Of a stretch of 64,000 bases of DNA, positions 1-11,678 are shown piece by piece. Every line of letters starts with the position of its first letter. The stretch's first letter is position 1. Position numbers and translations under genes: made by a program. Source of the DNA: Phaeosaccion multiseriatum (lineage: Eukaryota; Protista; Ochrophyta, other classes); contig OZ218950.1 of NCBI GenBank assembly GCA_965112735.1, positions 4,588,001 to 4,652,000 of the forward strand, read 5' to 3'. Under the pieces are notes generated by a model. It did not search any database. It was given only the letters and a program-made list of their open reading frames with translations, and had not been told where the DNA came from.

Positions 1-626
1 TACGGGGGGGCAGCACCTTGTCGAGCTTCTTCAACAAGACCTCGTCGCAGAACTTTCTGTCCCCGGGGCCCATCTGCCACTTGTGGTGGTGGTTTTTGGG
101 TTGTGGTTTCTGCGCGTGGGGTGTGCCTTACGTCGGGTCCGATATGCGCTACCTGTTTCGGGCCCAACTACACACACGCACGCACTTACACACACACACA
201 CACGCACACTTACTCACTCACTCACTCACTCACCCACTCCCTCACTCCCTCACTCCCTCACTCAATCTCCCACTCACACACCCACTCACCCACTCACTTA
301 CTCACTCACTCACCCACCCACTCACTTAATCACTCACCCACTCACTCACCCACTCACTCACTCCCCCGCTCACTCCCTCACTCACTCACTCACTCCTTCA
401 CTCACTCACTCACTCACTCAGTCACTCACTCACCCGCCTACTCACCTACTCGCTCCACTCAACACACACATGGTGACTGATAGGGGTACACTAGTCAAAG
501 TAGTCTAAAGTAGTATTTCTCTTACGTTAGATAAGTCGCCAGCGGAAAGGGAAAGTTTGATGGGGGGCGAGGCGTTTCATTCGCTGGCCCTTTCACTTGC
601 ATCAGTCTCTCGGGAAAATTAAATTA

Positions 627-698
627 TACTACCTGCTGCACCCCAGTATGTCAGTGTTGAGCACATTTAATACTACCTGCTGCACCCCAGTATGTCAG
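627..698 (+). repeat. 28-bp direct repeat (TACTACCTGCTGCACCCCAGTATGTCAG) x2
   Basis: Exact copies at 627-654 and 671-698 in non-coding DNA. Confidence 0.9.
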
Positions 699-1283
699 CC
701 TTCCACCCCCTCCACTACACAACGTAAGTCTTTTCTTCTCTCTGCCCGCACGTAGCTGCACATCGACCCTCCCCCCCCCTCTGTCCCCTCTGATGCTCCT
801 TCCCTACTTCTTCGTGGCGTCGCGAGAGAGAAGCGCCCGGTTAAGCCTCGATGTGTAAATCCCTGCCGGGTGGGGGTATCAACACCCCGAATCCATAATC
901 CGTCCTTATCCTTGCGTGCTTACATCACTTCGACAGCACTCCAGCACACCGACACCACGCACTAACCCTCACACCTTCTGTATGTAAGCTTCGGACGAAA
1001 GAGAGAGAGAGAGAGACAGAGAGAGAGAAGTCTCAACAAGTCCCTCCCTCTCGTTCTTTCGATCTGCCACCCCCCTCCGCTCCGTATGTCATCCTCGATT
1101 GACAACCCTGACCATGCCCCAGCATCAACATCTGCCAACCACCCTCGCCGCAGTAGACGCAGCAGTTGGTGATACAATGGGACCCGCCGAAGAGGCGTAG
1201 TCCGTCCTTGCCTGCCGGATCGAGAGGATCTGCTGACTCTCTCTCTCTCTCTCCCACTCACTCACTCTCTCTCACTCGCGCAC

Positions 1284-4200
1284 TCACCAACCGAGGGTCT
1301 CTAGAGGAGACGTCCCAGGCCCAGCCCGACCCGCTGTTGGTGGTACATTAGCAGCAATTGGTGGTACAGCCGCAGCAGCAGCTGGCGGTACAGTCACAAT
1401 CGGTGAGGTCTGTGCGCCAGAAGCCAAGGTCACCTCCGCCGAGGAGGAAGAGGGGGGAGAGGAGGAGGAGGAGGACAGTGACGATGACGTCGACGCAGGG
1501 CGCGCAGAGAGCGTAGGAGCAGCAGCAGCAGCAGCAGGAGGAGGAGGAGGAGCAGATGCATGAGCCCCGGGTGGAGGCGATGGTGCAGACGCTTGCATGC
1601 TCCTCGTCCTCCCTTGTACCCCTGCTGCCTTGTCGCACACGGAACAAATGCCGTCAGTGCGATCGTCCTGCTCGTAGTGGCACCATAAGCACTTCCACTT
1701 GCGGTCCTCAGGGGCGGGGAGGGTGTAAATGTATACTTTGACAGACTTCTCTGACCCGCCCCAGCTCACCGCGTTCTTCTCCGTCCTGTAATTGTGTGTG
1801 TGTGTTGTGTGTTGTGCGTGTGTGTGTGTTGTGTGTGTGTTGTGTGTGTGTGTGTGTTGTGTGTGTGTTGTGTGTGTGTTGTATACGTGTATGTGTGTGT
1901 GTGTGTGGATGGGTGGTTGGGTGTTTGGGTGGAAGTGTGAGTGGTGAGTCAATAATCACATCGCGACACGTCACGCCCTTTCTTTGCCCCTACTCCTGCC
2001 CTTCCTCCGTTTCCTCCCCTTCGACCCTCGCATTGCAGTACACTCCAGTCCCCACTACCCTCACTCACAACCAACGACTCCACCAGTACTCACTCATATT
2101 CAACGGGATTACTCCAAGAGAGCGGCTTCTCTATCATCCACAGACACATGAGCTTGGTGCCTCCCTTGCAGTACTGAGTCATGAGCCTCACGATGACACT
2201 CGTGATACCCTTCTGCACGTGGCGCTGTGCGTTGTGCAAGTCGTCGAAAGAACAAGGAAGGACCAAGCAGAGCAGAACAGAGCAGAGCAGAGCAGAGCAC
2301 AACGAAGCACAGCAAAGCGCAGGAAAAAGCAGGCGAAGAGGCAAGGGGAGAGGCAGGCAGCAGGCAGGCGGGTAGGCAGGCAGGCAGGGCGAAGGATGGG
2401 GTGTTGCACCAACAAAGCAGAGCGTCAAAAGGGCGGTTTTTGCTCAAAGACAGCAACAGCAGCAGCAGCAGCAGCAGCTATTGGTTACTCACTACTCACT
2501 ACTCCCTGTTATATCCCAGACTCACTCACTGCGTAACTCCGTACTCCCTACTCACGTGTCCGTCAAAGTATCCCTCGGCGTTGTTGAAGAACACCTGGTC
2601 CGTCTCCTTCCACACGCTCACCGGCAGCTGTGTTAGACAACCCAGGCTTAGCTCCAGGTCAAGCTTCACCGAGGGGTCGAAGATGCGAAGCTGCTTGCTG
2701 AAAGTGCTCGAGAGGCTTTGGCTCATCTTGTAGCGAGTTTCCCCCAACTCCACGCCCTGGGAGGGAGGGAAGGGGGGGGGGGGGAGGAGGGAGCATGTCA
2801 GACTTTTTGCAAGTGGGGGTGAGGCGGGAAGCGAAATGAAGGAAGGCAGAGCTCCCCTCCATCCGACCCCACTCCACCCCACTCTACCCCCACCCCAACG
2901 TACCCCACCCCACCCCACCCCACCCCACCCCACCCAACTCCAACGTCCGACTCACCCTCGCCTTGCACCCCGCCACCGCGGCCACCTGAAACACAACGTT
3001 TCCAATACCGCTGCCAATGTCGAGGAACACGCTGTCCCTGCCCACCCCCATCCAGCGGCAGATCTGGTCCACGGCGTCAGGCAGCACTGAGCCATACATC
3101 AGGTCCTCCCTGTGGTTGGGTTGGGTTGGGTTGGGTTGGGGTGGGTTGGGTTGGGTTTGGTTGAGCAAGTTGGTTGTGAGGTTGGTTGGTGGAATGATTG
3201 GTTGGTTGGTGTGTGGGTAGGCGTTGGCTGGTAGGTAGGTGGGTAGGTAGGTAGGTTGGTTGGTTGGTTGGTTGGTGGGTGAGTAGGGGTTGGCTGGTAG
3301 GTAGGTAGGTAGGCAGGCAGAGAGACAGGTAGGAAGGTTGGTTGGTTGGTTGGTTGGTTAGTGGGGGGGTTGGGTTGGGATCGTTGGATGTGGGTGATGT
3401 GTGTTTGGGACCCACCAACCGACCGAAACCGACCGACCACCGACTCACCCTTGGTCTCGCATACAGCCCTTGATGCCGGGCCTTGACTCGATCACTTTCC
3501 TGCCCCCGTGCACCTCGTACGTTGCCTCCAGTACAACGCCAAAGTCCGCGAACGTTAGAGTTCTGGTTTGTGGGGCGGGAGAGGGGAGGGAGGAAGGGAG
3601 GAAGGGAGGGAGGGGAGGAGAGGGGGAGGAAGGGGGGGAGGGAAGGAAGGAAGGAGGGAGGGAGAAAGGGAGGGGGGGAGGGAGGGAGGGAGGGAGGGAG
3701 GAGGGGGAGGGAGGGAGGGAGGGGGGGAGGGAGGGAGGGAGGGAGGGAGGGAGGAAGAGGGAGGGAGGGAGGGAGGGAGGGAGGGAGGGAGGGAGGGAGG
3801 GAGGGAGGAAGGAAGGAAGGGGAGAGGAGGAGGTCCATTCAGCGGGCATTAGAGGAGGGGGATGAGGAGCAAAGTATGCCCTAAGTATGCCCAAGTATGC
3901 CCGACTAGGACAAGACAAGCAAGCTGCGCAAAGTTCACCCTCCTCCCCTCACGCAAAGCAGGTAGGTCTAAAGGTCAAACTCAAATCATCGTCCCGTCCC
4001 AATCTTGCACGACCAGAGAGCCCCATCTACTATTCCTTCCCATACACCTCTACTCTGGCCATACCCTGTCCAATACACCTCTACTCTGGCCATACCCTGT
4101 CCAATACACCTCTACTCTGGCCATACCCTGTCCCATACACCTCCTCGCAACCCAACACGACAACACACAGAGTACAAGAAATATACTCAACATACCCGCT

Positions 4201-6334
4201 ATTCGCAGCTCCCAAGGGGGCAGAGACAGAAGCTGGTACCAGAGCTCCAGCGCTCCCTTTCGCACTATACCCATCCCAGCTCCTACTGCCATTGCCTTCC
4301 AAGCCGCTAGCGCCATCAGCGCGATCCGCTCCATCTACCCCACCCAGCCCACCGGCTCCGCTACTCCTCCCTCCTCCACTGTCATCGCGCGGGACACGTT
4401 GGTCACAGAGGAGGTCCAGAGCAGAAAAAGCAGCCCCCTCCTCACTGCTGCTTCTGCTGCTGCCGGTAGTGCTGCCGCTGCTGCCGCTGCTGCCGCTACT
4501 GCTCTGCCTCATCGGAGCGGGCTGGTGTCCGTCCCAACGACCCCCCTCAACAGCACGGGGCTGCCACAGCTGCTGACTCTGACCCTGACTGGAGGAGTCA
4601 TCTTCCGTGGTCAACTCGTCCATACTGTCCCCGCCACCCCCATTTCCGTCTAAGGCGCTCAAATCGGCACCACCTGCTTCACTCCCCTCCTCCTCCTCCT
4701 CCTCCTTTGCGTGTTGTTCCTGCAAGGCGCGTCTGGGCCATCGCCTGCAGTCCTGCAGCGCCCGAGCAGCAAGGTCCTACGTCGAGGTCAAGGTCAGGGT
4801 CGGGGTGGGGATGACGGGTCAGGGTCATGGTCAAGGTCGGGGTCAGGAGCCAGGAGTGAGGATCAGGGTCATCCCTGGACGCAGCATGCCAGGCAAGGCT
4901 GAGAAAGAGGAAAGGGGCTGGGCGGGGCTGGGTTGGGTTGGGCTGGGTTAGCCTCTGCTCTGCTCCTTGCCCTCTCTCTCTTTGTGTGGCACTTACCACA
5001 ACATTGGGCACGGTTCGGAAATGGTCCATGCTGAATCGAGGGTGTAGAAACTCGGCGAAAAATTGGATGGGGACCTCTTGAAGCTGATGCGGCTCCGTCG
5101 CCTCCACCTCCTCCTCGTCCTCCTCATCCTCCTCCCACCCGGGTTCCTTCTTCAAAGCCTTTGCATACTTTCTCTTCCTGCTACTACTGCTGCTGCCGCT
5201 GCTCTTGTGATGGCCTCTGCTGCTCTTGCTCTTGGTCTTGTTCTTGGTCTGGCCATTCGTCTTTCCGCCTTTCACTTTACTACTCCTACTACTACACTTC
5301 TGCTTGTCCTTTTGCCTCTTGCTCTTCCTTATCTTTTTGCTCTCCTTCGCCTCCATCCCGCTCCGGCCAGCACCCTTGACCTTCACCTTGACCAAGCCCG
5401 CAGTAATCGACGCCTTCAACTTCTTCTCCTTCTTGCCCTCCTTCCTCTCCTTGTCGTACCTGACGTCAGCACCACTACCACTCTTTCTCTTTCTCTTCTT
5501 TGAATCCCTCCTCCCATCTGCAGCATCTTCCATCTCTGGAGGAGGAGCATCGATGTCGAAAAGATGGTGGATGAGCGGCCTTCCCTCCCCCTCCTCCTGC
5601 TGCCGCTCCTCGTCCTCGGCCGAAGCCACGGTCGCCCGCGCACGCTGCTTCGCTTTCCTGGACCGCCATGCCTGCTTCATCTTCTCCTTCTTGCGGGCCC
5701 ACTCCCCCTTGCCTTCGCCCTCCCCCTCCTGGGGCTCCTTCTCGTTGTTCGTGCTCTTCCTCGTGTCGGACTTCTTCCCCTTTGCCCTCGCGTGTGGCTC
5801 CTTCGTCCCCTCTCCTGCCGGAGTGATGCCATACTGGTCATTCTCCTCCTCCTCCTCCACCACCTCCTCCTCCACCACCTCCTCCTCCTCGTCCTCCTCC
5901 TCCTCCTCCTCCTCCTCCTCCTTGACCTTGTAAAATCGGCCGTTGATTCGAGCTTGGTTCTTCTTCTTAGCAGCACACTTGTTGTTGCTGTTCCTCTGCG
6001 TCTTCTTGCCACTCCCTTTACTGCGGGAGGCGACCTGGGCTCTCCTACTGCTGCTGCTGCTGTTGCTGCTGCTGCTGTTCCTGGCACCGCCGCTGCTGGC
6101 GCCACCACTGCTGCTGCCCGTATTATCGCAGCTCCTCTTGGTAAACTTGCCACTTCTAATGATATCGGCGGCAGAGGCACTCTGGACCATGTTAATGGCC
6201 TGCTCTGGCTCGGTCTCCACACGGTCCTCTCCAAAGAGAGGCGTGCGGGTGCGCACCCTTCGACGGTTGGACAGGGCGAGCCCCACTGGCTTCAGGTCCT
6301 GCACAGGGACTGCGATGTCGTAGCTGTGGGCCAT
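1284..6334 (-). CDS. DOT1: DOT1-like histone H3K79 methyltransferase (multi-exon), with long Lys/Glu/Ser-rich N-terminus and C-terminal Cys4 zinc finger
   Basis: Phase-compatible GT-AG exons give EDLMYGSVLPDAV..SVFLDIGSGIGNVVFQVAAVAGCKAR|GVELGETRY..DQVFFNNAEGYF..KGGTKLMCL..E|TEKNAVSWGGSEKSVKVYIY, matching the DOT1 YGE, DxGxGxG, GVE, FxNN and VSW motifs. These are followed by WKCLWCHY..CSVCD. The 5' and 3' limits are uncertain. Confidence 0.8.
4039..4143 (+). repeat. 31-bp minisatellite (about 3.4 copies), probably intronic
   Basis: CCAATACACCTCTACTCTGGCCATACCCTGT in tandem. Confidence 0.85.
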
Positions 6335-6612
6335 ACAGAGGGGGCGAGGTCGGCATCACCAGCATCATCATCATCATCAGCAGCAGCAGCAGCATCATCA
6401 TCATCGTCGTCGTCATCATCATCGATTGGGGGGGCTTAGAAGAGGAAGTGTGAAAGTTGACATGAAATCTCTGCACCATTCGGTTCTCTGGGCTTTGAAA
6501 GAACGAGGGAAGATATTCAGAGGGAGAGCGAGAGGGAAACGAAGAGGGGGGGGGATACGGAAGACAGAAAAAAATAGGGGCAGAGCTTGATCCTCACCAA
6601 TCCGCATGTGAC

Positions 6613-7218
6613 TTACATGGTGGTCCTTCGGAAGTCGGTGTGTTCCACTATGGCCGCCGTTCCGTCGGAGGCAATCGACTTAATGTAGCCAATCTGGAGA
6701 ACGGTCCCACTCGCCCACTTGGGGTGAAAGTAGTCGACAGCGCTCCCAACGTACAGTCGCACGCTGCGCACTTCCCACTCCTTCTTACTCTCCTCACGCG
6801 TACTGCTGCTACTGCTGCCGCTGCTGCTGCTACTACTACTCTTGCTGCCTGCTCCTCTGCCCCGCCGCGTGCTTTTCCGTGTGGGTCGCCCGCTGCTGCT
6901 GCCGCCACCGCCGCCGGCATCGCTTGCTGAAACATAGATGTTGCAGTCCACAGCCAGCCGCTCACCGCACTGCTCGCACTCGACTACTAGCTCTGTACTC
7001 GCGAGGTCGTGGTACTCGCTGGAGCACTTGGGACATTTGACGGTGCCGGCCCGGGCTCGAGTTGTCGTTGTTGAGCTCTCACTTGCTTTCTTCGCCTTCC
7101 CTGCTGTCTTTCCCCTTCTTTCTTCGCCGTCACTGATGTCATCGATAGTGACGGCAGCCATGATAGTCTCAAGGTCAAGCGACTCTTTCACTTCTGGCTC
7201 TTCTGCTGCCTTAGCCAT
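6613..7218 (-). CDS. Probable 5' exon of the DOT1-like gene (CPKC..CEQC zinc-ribbon-like motif)
   Basis: ATG-started ORF ending in a GTAAGT donor at 6616. Joining it to the 4679-6334 ORF via the Asp-rich exon near 6440 needs a +1 shift in a C5 run near 6340. Confidence 0.45.
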   Translation of the reverse strand: MAKAAEEPEVKESLDLETIMAAVTIDDISDGEERRGKTAGKAKKASESSTTTTRARAGTVKCPKCSSEYHDLASTELVVECEQCGERLAVDCNIYVSASDAGGGGGSSSGRPTRKSTRRGRGAGSKSSSSSSSGSSSSSTREESKKEWEVRSVRLYVGSAVDYFHPKWASGTVLQIGYIKSIASDGTAAIVEHTDFRRTTM

Positions 7219-8008
7219 TGGCGGCTACAAGGGGGGGGCAAAAGCAGTGCCTCAACTCCTTCGACAAGGCCAATTGCTTCCGTCGTACCCAGAGAGGCGG
7301 GCGCCCCAACGAGGCTCTTCCAAGGCTGGCGATGAGAGAGGGAGAAGGAGGACATAGAAAAAGAATACGTATGGGGCAACGGAAGGGTCAGTCCTGAGTG
7401 TGGAGGATGGAGGAAGGTGAAAGATTTGTGTTGAACCACCGCTTGGGTTCGTTTTTAGCTTGCCTGTCAACCGAAGCCGGCGAGCTTGACCCAACCGCAG
7501 AGTACGCGCCCACAGGAGACACGGGCGCGACTCAGGCCGCGCAATTAGGCTTCACAGAGCCAGATGGGTTATGCTTCTTCCTTCTTTAATGGGGATTCCA
7601 TACTGACAAAGGAGTTATGGATGGGAGGGAAGGAAGGAAAGTGAGAAGTGCGAAGGCGCAGCGTCCTTTGATTCTTACACTGCTTCTGGAGGCTCTTGGA
7701 CCCTCTGTTCCCTTTTCTATTTGTGTGTTGTAGGTGGCATCGCTGAGGAAAGGCAGGGAGATGATGGATGGATGGGCCATGAAATTTCTAAGCAAACAAA
7801 TTCCTTTATCATGATATTCATCACCCCCCCGTTCATCTTCCTCCTCCGTCCCCACAGAGAAAGACTGAACGAGAGCACGGGAACACATTGGACAACAAGT
7901 ACTCATGAATGATAAGGGAGGTATGTGGACAGTCTAAGACGAAAGTACTCATGAATGATAAGGGAGGGGAGGGAGTGTAAGAAAGAAAGGAGGGAAAAAA
8001 AGTTGAGG

Positions 8009-11000
8009 ATGGCGGACTCCTCCACTGGAGCTACCGCTGCACCTGGTGGAGTCGCCGCCACACCTGAAGTTGCAGTGACAGCTGCACCTGAAGTAGGAGC
8101 GCCAGCGACAACAGAGGGGACAGTACCAGCAGGGGAGAAGAAAAGTGCCCTGGCCCAGCAGTCTTCAGGGGCAGCATACACGGAGCGGATACGCAAGGCT
8201 AACAAGCCCGTCGTGGCAGATGATCAAGCCAAGCTTTGCCTGGCCAACGTCTTTGGTCTGGATCCCATTGTCAGCCTGCATCGCCTCGCGTCCTACGACG
8301 ATGTGAACTTCAAGGTTGTCGTGTCGGCTGCAGTGGCTGTGGCAGCAACAGCAGCTGCATCAACCGTCGCTGCGGCCCATGCATCGGCCACCGCAGCCGC
8401 AGCCGCAGCCGGGGCAAGCGGGAAGGAGGCAGCAGTACTGGCAGCAGACGCGGCATCTGCGGTCAGTGCAGCAGCAGCGGCGAGCGCAGCAGCAGCAAGT
8501 GCAGCCGCGGCGGCAAGAAGTGGGGCGCCTGGTGTGGTCCCCCCGGAGGTGGCGTACACGCTAAAGATCCACAACGGCTGCGAGAGCGACAACCCCGCGT
8601 TTCTGGAGGCTCAGAACGGCGTGGCGCTGCACGTGCTGGCCAAGGGCTTGCTCACGCCCGTGCCGCTGGCCGCCAAGGATGGGAAGCTCCTCTCCAGCTT
8701 CCCTTTGCAGACTGTGTCGGGACCGCGAAGGTGGGGCGAGTGTGTGCGGGAAAGGAGGGGGAGGGGGTGGAGGGGAGGGAAGAATCCTTTCCAGGATGGG
8801 GTGTGGACGTAGGCGTGCTTTGCCCCAGAAAAGGGAGGACATTCTTCTCACCCCCATCCCTCCTTTAACCCCATCTGTGCCTCTCCTCAAGTCTTGCTGT
8901 CCGGCTACTGTCGTGGGTGCAAGGACCTGTCATGAGCGAGCCGGGCCTGCCCCTCACCGTGGGCACTCTCCAGCACGCAGGGGCTTACCTTGCCAGCCTC
9001 GATGCCGCCACACAGGACTTTGACCACCCCGCCTTATACAGGGACCACCAATGGGACTTGAGGAGCTTCCCCACGCTGCAGGTACAAGTGATAAGGGTGG
9101 GGGGGGGAGGGGGAGTAACAAAAGACGCGTGAAAGTGTATGAATGTGTGGTGTGTGTGTGTGGTGTGTGTGTGGTGTGTGTGTGTGGGTGGGTGGATGGT
9201 TCCTTTTGTTCTTGTCTTGCTCTCTTCGGAGTCTGCCTACTTTAAAACCCCTTTTTTTGCATACGCACAGGCCAATTTGGCCCCCTCTTTGTGTATCAAG
9301 TGCACATACACTCTCTTGTGACGAGGTCCCCCATGCATACACCTTTGACTCTGTTACGTCACCGCCACAACCGGTCTCTCTTCCCTCCTCTCCTTGACTC
9401 TACTCTGCCTTACTCTGTTCTGCGGTGCTGCGCTCTGGTGTGCTCTGCATCTCGTTCTTCTTCTCTGCTCTGCTCTGACTTGCGTTGCTCTCTTTCCCTC
9501 TCCTCTGCTGCGCCACGTGCTTGTCCACCGCCGCCTGACTCTGGCTGGCTCTGACTACCTCTGGCTCTGCTTTGGCTCTGCCTGGGCTGGGCTGGCAGGA
9601 GTTCGTGCCGTGCCTGCCCGATCCCCAGCAGAGGGATGTGGTGCAGTCCGTCATAGACGCCTTCTACAAAGACGTCCTGCCATGCGTACAGCACTTCAGC
9701 TGCAGCGTCATACACGTGAGTGAGTGCGTGGGGAGAGGAGAGGACCGATAAAGGAACACTCTCCATCTCTCTCTATCGAAAACTCTCTCGATTTCTGCTC
9801 TCAGTCCACCGCTCTATCTATCTATCCTCATCTCTCCTATCATTATCCTATCTACCTTCTCCTTCTTGACTCATGCACTCTCTCACACACACACACACAC
9901 ACACTCACGCATTCGCCCTCACGCACGTACTCAACGTACGCACGGGGCACAGGGCGACTACAACGACGGAAACATTGTGCTGACGCCGGACTGCAGCCTC
10001 GTAAGGGGGGTGCTCGACTTTGGCGACTGTGTCAAGACGTGGACCATCAACAGCCTTGCCATCGCCATGGCCTATGCGATGTGCACCACCTTGGCCACCA
10101 AGGAGGGAGGAGATCCTCTGCAGGCAGCGGCGGTGAGCGAGAGGAGGGGGCGGAGGGGAGGGGGGAGGTGGGAGGGGGGGGGCGGGGGTTGGAGAGAAGA
10201 GCAAAGGAAGGGCGGACAGAATTTCGCAACTCTGCTCTGCTGCCGATTCACCAACTTCTGTATCACTAACTGCTACAGGCCGTGCTCCGCGGATATGTGG
10301 ACGTGACCATCGTGCCCCCCCTGGAGAGCCGCTACCTGCGCACTCTAGTGGCTGCCCGCCTTGCCATGAGCCTCACCCTCGGAGCCTACTCGCACCAGCA
10401 GGTACTCATCACTAGTTCACCTCACTCACTCACTCCCCTACTCACCTCACTCCCTCACTCACTCACTCACTCACTCCCCCACTCACCTCACTCACTCACC
10501 TCACTCACTCACTCACTCGCACACTCACTCACTCCCCCACTCACTCCCCCACTCACTCCCCCACTCACTCCCCCACTCACTCACTCGCTCACTCACTCAC
10601 TCCCCCACTCACTCGCTCACTCACTCACCCACTCACCTCACTCAGACTCTCACCTGACGTCACTCCCTCACCCCCCTCCCGCACTTGCTGACCTCGCCCC
10701 ACCCATCAGGACCCGACCAACGACTACCTGCTGGTGCACTCCAGGCCGGCGTGGCTGGCGCTGGACCTGCTGTGGAGGCGAGTGCCAGATGTGCACACCA
10801 AGGTGCGTGACGCTACCTATAGTTGCTCGTCCAATTCCACCCCTCGTCTGACGCTCTGCTCCGCCTCTCTCTCTCCCTCTCTCCCCTTCCTCTCTGCCTC
10901 CTTCCCTCTCTCCCTTCCCCACCCCCCCCCTTCTCTCTCTTTCTCTCGCTCTCTGTCTCCCTTCCCACACCCCGAAGGCGCTGTTTGAGAAGGCCATAAT

Positions 11001-11361
11001 GAAGGTCTCAGTGGGCGTCTTGTCTCGCGTGAGTGGCACCCTCTGGCACTTCGGCAAGAGGAAGGGTGATGAAGCGGGCCTAGACGCAGTGGCGGCAGCC
11101 ACGGCTATCACTGCCGCGGGGACGAAGGCAGGAAGGCCGGCGACCTCAAGCTTGGTGGGAGGGGGAGGCCCAAGTCCGGCAACGACAGGACCACCACCGG
11201 TAGGAGAAGCGCCAACGGAAGCTGCAAGAGCAGCAGCAGCAGCGAACGGTGCTCAAGGGGTAGATAGAGGAGAGGCAGCGGCAGCGGCAGCGGCAGCAGC
11301 GGCAGCAGCAGCAGCAGCAACGGCAGCAGCAGCAGCGCCACAACCACCAGAGGCAGAATAA
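8009..11361 (+). CDS. HYKK: Hydroxylysine kinase / aminoglycoside-phosphotransferase family kinase (multi-exon)
   Basis: LASYDDVNF, YTLKIHN, HPALYRDHQWDL, IH|GDYNDGNIVL, GVLDFGD, SLAIAMAYAM, LRTLVAARLAMSLTLGAYS and NDYLLVHSRPAW across exons. Confidence 0.8.
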
Positions 11362-11678
11362 ATGGGAAGGTGGTCAAAGGAAGTACTTACATAGAAAAAT
11401 GACAAAATGTACCGTATTTCTTCTCTCCCCGACCCTACGGCACTGGGGGGAGAAAGGGGTGGGGGTGGATATTGCTTGACATTGCTTGACATCCCGTACC
11501 ACCCCAAGGGCCGGGGCCGGGCACTCCAAGGTCGCACTCCCCCCACCCCTCCGCCCCTTCTTCACAAAGTGAGACTCGTTCATTCACTGGCGCATTCCTG
11601 ACTCACTCACTGACCTAGCCAGTGAGTCACTCAACCAGTCAGGCCGTCAGGCACTCAGTCAGCCTGTCGCTCACTCAG

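Noticed and set aside
1-170. Partial minus-strand coding fragment (MGPGDRKFCDEVLLKKLDKVL)
   Set aside because: Too short and truncated by the window edge to assign.
170-470. Thr/His/Ser/Leu-, Pro-, Gly- and Cys/Val-rich ORFs here and throughout the ORF track
   Set aside because: These are translations of (CACT)n, (GGGA)n, (GT)n and (CCT)n microsatellites, or antisense shadows of real exons.
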